A stretch of DNA of 64,000 nt, from positions 10,654 to 74,653 of IMG/VR virus record IMGVR_UViG_3300036770_002544, one strand, 5' to 3'. The position numbers were made by a program, and so were the translations under genes. The notes below the pieces were generated by a model. It was not told where the DNA came from, ran no database searches, and saw nothing but the letters and a program-made list of their open reading frames with translations. Positions 63,933 through 64,000 of this stretch are shown in pieces; position 1 is the stretch's first letter, and each line of letters starts with the position of its first letter. The stretch comes from a virus. Its lineage: Duplodnaviria; Heunggongvirae; Uroviricota; Caudoviricetes.

Positions 63933-64000
63933 GTTGGTTTTGTCCCACCACAGCTGACCAGTTAGCGGAGCGCTTGGAGCTGTAGTGTTTGAACCACTTT
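63933..64000 (-). CDS. 3' end of a further structural gene (truncated by the window edge)
   Basis: The open frame continues to the window edge on the minus strand. Confidence 0.3.

Overview
AT-rich, densely packed window that reads as a large tailed-phage genome segment. The gene content (tRNA array, HNH endonuclease, lipid desaturase, CobS-like ATPase, ThyX, many 2OG-Fe oxygenases, tail fibres) is most consistent with a T4-like cyanomyovirus-type phage. Layout: (i) 1-1112, radical SAM gene truncated at the left edge; (ii) 1120-10320, a roughly 30-member tRNA array on + with several degenerate or fragmentary tRNA copies, an HNH endonuclease, a small PD-(D/E)xK-like ORF, a radical SAM gene, a membrane fatty-acid desaturase and two convergent AspH-like hydroxylase paralogs; (iii) 10330-26700, + strand accessory genes: PhyH-type oxygenase, AcpS-like PPTase, an RpoZ-like protein, a tyrosine phosphatase, an 8-member translationally coupled tandem array of small paralogs ending in LRWS, a metallophosphatase, a B12-domain-like radical SAM, a TctC-type binding protein, SDR, further oxygenases and a glycosyltransferase; (iv) 26700-36200, a MoxR/CobS-like AAA+ ATPase and a VWA+HExxH protein bracketing three near-identical sigma70-type promoters that drive small genes, then an SPFH lipoprotein, small membrane peptides and thyX; (v) 36500-61300, a large sugar/modification island: epimerase, DegT aminotransferase, an 864-aa repeat protein, two + strand glycosyltransferase-like paralogs, an amidinotransferase-like protein, then on the minus strand a carbamoyltransferase followed by radical SAM paralogs with a shared Cys-rich N-terminus, alternating with members of the same glycosyltransferase-like family, SGNH hydrolases and DxD glycosyltransferases; (vi) 61376-64000, tail-fibre genes on the minus strand. 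Many host-type promoters (TTGAC-N17-TATAAT or TATACT) and four clear hairpin terminators are visible. All coordinates were counted by hand and tRNA ends may be off by a few nt. Every product call is motif-level inference from the translated sequence; no database search was possible.
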